Source: Candidatus Heimdallarchaeota archaeon
GTDB taxonomy: Archaea > Asgardarchaeota > Heimdallarchaeia > Heimdallarchaeales > Heimdallarchaeaceae
Direction: 5' to 3'
Assembly (NCBI GenBank): GCA_030603365.1
Contig: JAUVXV010000013.1
Span: 1 to 64,000, forward strand
Length of the DNA: 64,000 nt
Within the stretch, counting starts at the first letter, position 1, and each line of letters begins with the position of its first letter. The notes beneath the pieces were generated by a model. That model was given only the letters and a program-made list of their open reading frames with translations, was not told the origin of the DNA and ran no database searches. Below, piece by piece: positions 60,821-64,000 of this stretch. The position numbers and the translations under genes are program-made.

Positions 60821-60911
60821 TGACCTTTCCATGTTTTCATCTTGCCCGTATACTTAAAAGTTAAATATTAATACAATATATGTAGATTATAACAAGTTCT
60901 CGGGATTACAG

Positions 60912-61481
60912 ATGTTCAAAAAATTACGCAATTCAAAGAAAGGTGTTTCTGAAGTATTAGCATCTGTAATAATAATTTCACTTGTTATAGCTGCTACAGC
61001 ACTTGTTAGTACAATACTAACAAATGTGGACATTGTAGATTTATTTGGTTATTTGGATACACCTAAAGATAAAGTGGTAACTATAGCTTTGGATATTTTA
61101 ACTATTAATGATACAGATTTAGATTCTTTATCAGATACGGTGATTTTGCTATTATCTTTAGATGTAGATTCTCCAAGTATTTATGTTCAAGATGTGGATG
61201 TTCAACTTCCAACGGGAGATACACTAGATGATATTACACCATGGTCAATATTAGCCACTTCACAAATATGGAATAACGAGTTTAATGGATACACTATTGT
61301 ATACGGACACTTTAATGCAACTTTTACAGTTCAAATAAATGACATGGTACAGAATGAGGCTGAATTGAGCTCTGGAACAGCTTTTCATCTCGTCTTCTAT
61401 TATATATATGTCTCAGATTTAGGTGGAAAAATAAGAACCATATCCAGTTACTACGTGAGTTCACTCTTAGTTGCTCCTTAG
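60912..61481 (+). CDS. Archaeal type IV pilin-like protein (class III signal peptide)
   Basis: KKG|VSEVLASVIIISLVIAATALV cleavage motif and hydrophobic N-terminal helix. Confidence 0.82.
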   Translation: MFKKLRNSKKGVSEVLASVIIISLVIAATALVSTILTNVDIVDLFGYLDTPKDKVVTIALDILTINDTDLDSLSDTVILLLSLDVDSPSIYVQDVDVQLPTGDTLDDITPWSILATSQIWNNEFNGYTIVYGHFNATFTVQINDMVQNEAELSSGTAFHLVFYYIYVSDLGGKIRTISSYYVSSLLVAP

Positions 61482-61559
61482 TATATTTCTTCTCTATAAA
61501 GAGAAAACTTTCTTAAATACTAAATAACTGCTATTCTTATTGAAATCAGGGGGCAAAAA

Positions 61560-62891
61560 TTGAAAAAACACTTAGAAATTTTGAAGAATCTTGTCGCTTA
61601 TAATACTGTAAACAACCCAATTGAAAATCAAATTCCTTCAAGAGATATTCTCGATCATATTAACGAGAATTACTTGCAACCGCTTGGATATTGTAGTGAG
61701 TTTTATGAAAAAGAAGATTATTGGTCTCTTTTTTCTTATTTAGAACGTGGTTCTCCAGTTATTTTGTTTATTGGACATTGTGATGTAGTTCCTATTGGTC
61801 CAAATTGGGAAACAGATCCCTTTGATTTAACATTAAAGGAAGAGCGAGCTTATGGAAGAGGAGCTTCTGATATGAAAGGAGCAGTAGCTGTAATGTTGAG
61901 CTTGGCAGAGGAGTTTAGGGATTACAATAAGGGGACAATAATTTATACAATCAATTTAGATGAAGAATCTGGTGGAAGAAATGGTGCCGGGGAATTAATC
62001 ACCTTATTACAACAAAAAAACCTTGAGCCTGATTATGTGATAAATGGAGATGCAAATGGTCTACAGATAATCAATAGACGGAGAAATCCCTATATTTCAT
62101 CTTTTAAACTAGCCAAGAAAATACAACAGATTAAAGGCATTAAAAAGGTTGAAAAATTCACAACAAAGATTGCTGCAGACAGAACTATGCATGCAGCATA
62201 TTTTATGCGAGATATTGATGTTCACTGCGCTGATGAAGTTTCAGATTTCTTAAGTGAAAATTCTTATTTCATTCATAAACTACGTGGATCATTTGTGAAA
62301 AATAACGTTTTACCTTCAGATATAACAATTGAGTATATAATTCCTGATGAAAAGAGTAATCAAACGCATGATGTCGATATGAATCTAACAAAATTCATAA
62401 GTTCGGTATCAAAATTCAATGATATAGATATTCCATCTGCTCCAAGTGATTATGGAATTAATCTTACATTTAATTATTATAGAGAAGAGAAAGAATATCA
62501 TCTCTGTCAGATGGATTTAAGAATTATGAGTAAAGATCACAAAGCAGTTGAGAACTATTTTCTCAATTTTGCTGATTCAGAAGGGATTGAGGCTGAAATA
62601 AAAACAAAAGGCAGCGTTGGACCTGTACTTACACCAAAAGAATCTCCATTAGTGCAAGTGTGTATGCAAGTAGCTAGAGAAATGAACCTAACACCTGAAC
62701 CTATGGAAATGGGAGGGGCAACAGATTCAAGATGGTTTAGTGCCATAAACATTCCATCCATCGAATTTGGTCCTTTAGGTGGAAATGTACATGGCGCAAA
62801 TGAATATATAGAAATCAACAGCCTAGTAACAGTAAAAGAGTTTTATTTTAGAATATATGAAAAATTGGTGGTAGAACACAAAGAAAAATGA
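61560..62891 (+). CDS. M20 family ArgE/DapE-like metallopeptidase
   Basis: GHCDVVP, GRGASDMKG, DEESGG, GGATD and HGANE. Confidence 0.9.
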   Translation: MKKHLEILKNLVAYNTVNNPIENQIPSRDILDHINENYLQPLGYCSEFYEKEDYWSLFSYLERGSPVILFIGHCDVVPIGPNWETDPFDLTLKEERAYGRGASDMKGAVAVMLSLAEEFRDYNKGTIIYTINLDEESGGRNGAGELITLLQQKNLEPDYVINGDANGLQIINRRRNPYISSFKLAKKIQQIKGIKKVEKFTTKIAADRTMHAAYFMRDIDVHCADEVSDFLSENSYFIHKLRGSFVKNNVLPSDITIEYIIPDEKSNQTHDVDMNLTKFISSVSKFNDIDIPSAPSDYGINLTFNYYREEKEYHLCQMDLRIMSKDHKAVENYFLNFADSEGIEAEIKTKGSVGPVLTPKESPLVQVCMQVAREMNLTPEPMEMGGATDSRWFSAINIPSIEFGPLGGNVHGANEYIEINSLVTVKEFYFRIYEKLVVEHKEK

Positions 62892-62949
62892 CTTTGGAAA
62901 GTAATGACTATATAACTGAATCATTGCTGACTACAAAAGAATTAAATCT

Positions 62950-63711
62950 ATGAACAAAAATCATCTATTAGATAATATGTCACTCGAACCAAAAAGAGCT
63001 TACAAAATTGTTCTTATAGGTGATCCCGAAGTAGGTAAAACTTCAATTAGAAGAAAGTACATGGGAAAGTCATTTAGAGCTGACTATCTAAAAACACTAG
63101 GAGCAGATTTTGCAGCTCAAAAAGTTAATGTGGAAGGAGAATCAGTTCTTTTAACAATTTGGGATTTAGCAGGTCAATCTATTTTTCATGGAATGAGATC
63201 TTCCTTTTATCATGGTTGTAAATGTGCATTAGTTGTTTTTGATGTTACCAACCCCCAAACCTTAGAAAATTGTTATAAATGGGCTGAAGAGGCAGCTAAC
63301 TTCGCTAAAAGTTCCATGAAAGAGATTTATCTTATAGGAAATAAAATCGATTTAGTAGATGATCGTTTAGTCAACCATGACGCAATAGCGAGCATCGCTG
63401 AGAAATTCAGAATAGCTTTCAAATTTCCTGTAGAAATCTATGAAACTTCAGCTTTAACAGGAGAAAATATAATTGAACTCTTCGAACATATGAGTAGAAG
63501 ATTAATCATTGGTGACGAAACTAGAGAAGAGCAACTAGAAGTGCAATCTGAAAATGAGCAACAGGTAAATGAAGAAAAAATCATTGAAGAGGGAGAAAAA
63601 ACAATAAGTAATGAAACCATAATTAAGATGCTTGAAGAACTGGAAAATAGAATAAACAACATTACTACTGACTTAAGTGAAATAAAGAAACAACTAAAAA
63701 ATGTTGATTAA
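62950..63711 (+). CDS. Rab-like small GTPase with an acidic linker and C-terminal coiled coil
   Basis: GDPEVGKTS, YLKTLG, WDLAGQ, GNKID and ETSA; heptad tail LEELENRINNITTDLSEIKKQL. Confidence 0.92.
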   Translation: MNKNHLLDNMSLEPKRAYKIVLIGDPEVGKTSIRRKYMGKSFRADYLKTLGADFAAQKVNVEGESVLLTIWDLAGQSIFHGMRSSFYHGCKCALVVFDVTNPQTLENCYKWAEEAANFAKSSMKEIYLIGNKIDLVDDRLVNHDAIASIAEKFRIAFKFPVEIYETSALTGENIIELFEHMSRRLIIGDETREEQLEVQSENEQQVNEEKIIEEGEKTISNETIIKMLEELENRINNITTDLSEIKKQLKNVD

Positions 63712-63895
63712 GGCAATTTCAAGGTATATTTGTTTTTTTTGTAGCACCTCAAATCAAAGAATTATCATTCGTTTTTTAAGAAACAATATTAGAACCCCCT
63801 ATAATATTATTATATAATATATATGCATAATATTTTTATATTACATGACAATAAGATAACTGCTTACATAAATGTAGGTAAAGGTGAAATAAAAA

Positions 63896-64000
63896 ATGAA
63901 TAAAAAAGGACTAATTTTGATATTCCTTTTCCTAGTTTCTGCCGTCGGTGCTGTAACTGTAACACAAGCAGCTACTGACAATCAAGTCGAGATTAACTTC
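63896..64000 (+). CDS. Secreted protein, N-terminal fragment (runs off the window)
   Basis: GGTGA RBS, then MNKKGLILIFLFLVSAVGAVTVTQAA signal peptide. Confidence 0.7.
   Translation, partial: MNKKGLILIFLFLVSAVGAVTVTQAATDNQVEINF

Overview
AT-rich, gene-dense archaeal chromosomal window. The gene content points to an Asgard archaeon, possibly Heimdallarchaeia (inference): roadblock/MglB next to an MglA-type GTPase, Rab-like small GTPases, a longin-like protein, CDC48, FEN1 and a stand-alone EF-2 with an altered diphthamide loop. Housekeeping and cofactor genes include pcm, fen1, a Trm11-like methyltransferase, cdc48, thyX, an Hrq1/MrfA-type helicase, two M20 peptidases and F420 genes (cofE, cofG, cofH, a RibD-C reductase, an FrhB-like subunit). 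The dominant accessory feature is a ~22 kb pair of collinear operons (21628-29571 and 30785-43499) separated by thyX. Each has two lead membrane/surface genes followed by DUF4129-like, DUF4350-like, MoxR AAA+, DUF58/vWA and an acidic-tailed membrane protein. One operon is headed by a PrsW-type intramembrane protease with zinc ribbons, the other by a transglutaminase-fold protein that has lost all three catalytic residues. Reading the DNA directly also showed an uncalled small ORF ending in a PCNA-binding PIP box, a subtilase whose signal peptide is out of frame at a poly-A run, a perfect palindrome upstream of thyX, and an expanding repeat in a GT-C-like gene. I found no rRNA, tRNA, CRISPR array or transposase. 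All family calls come from motif recognition, not database searches.
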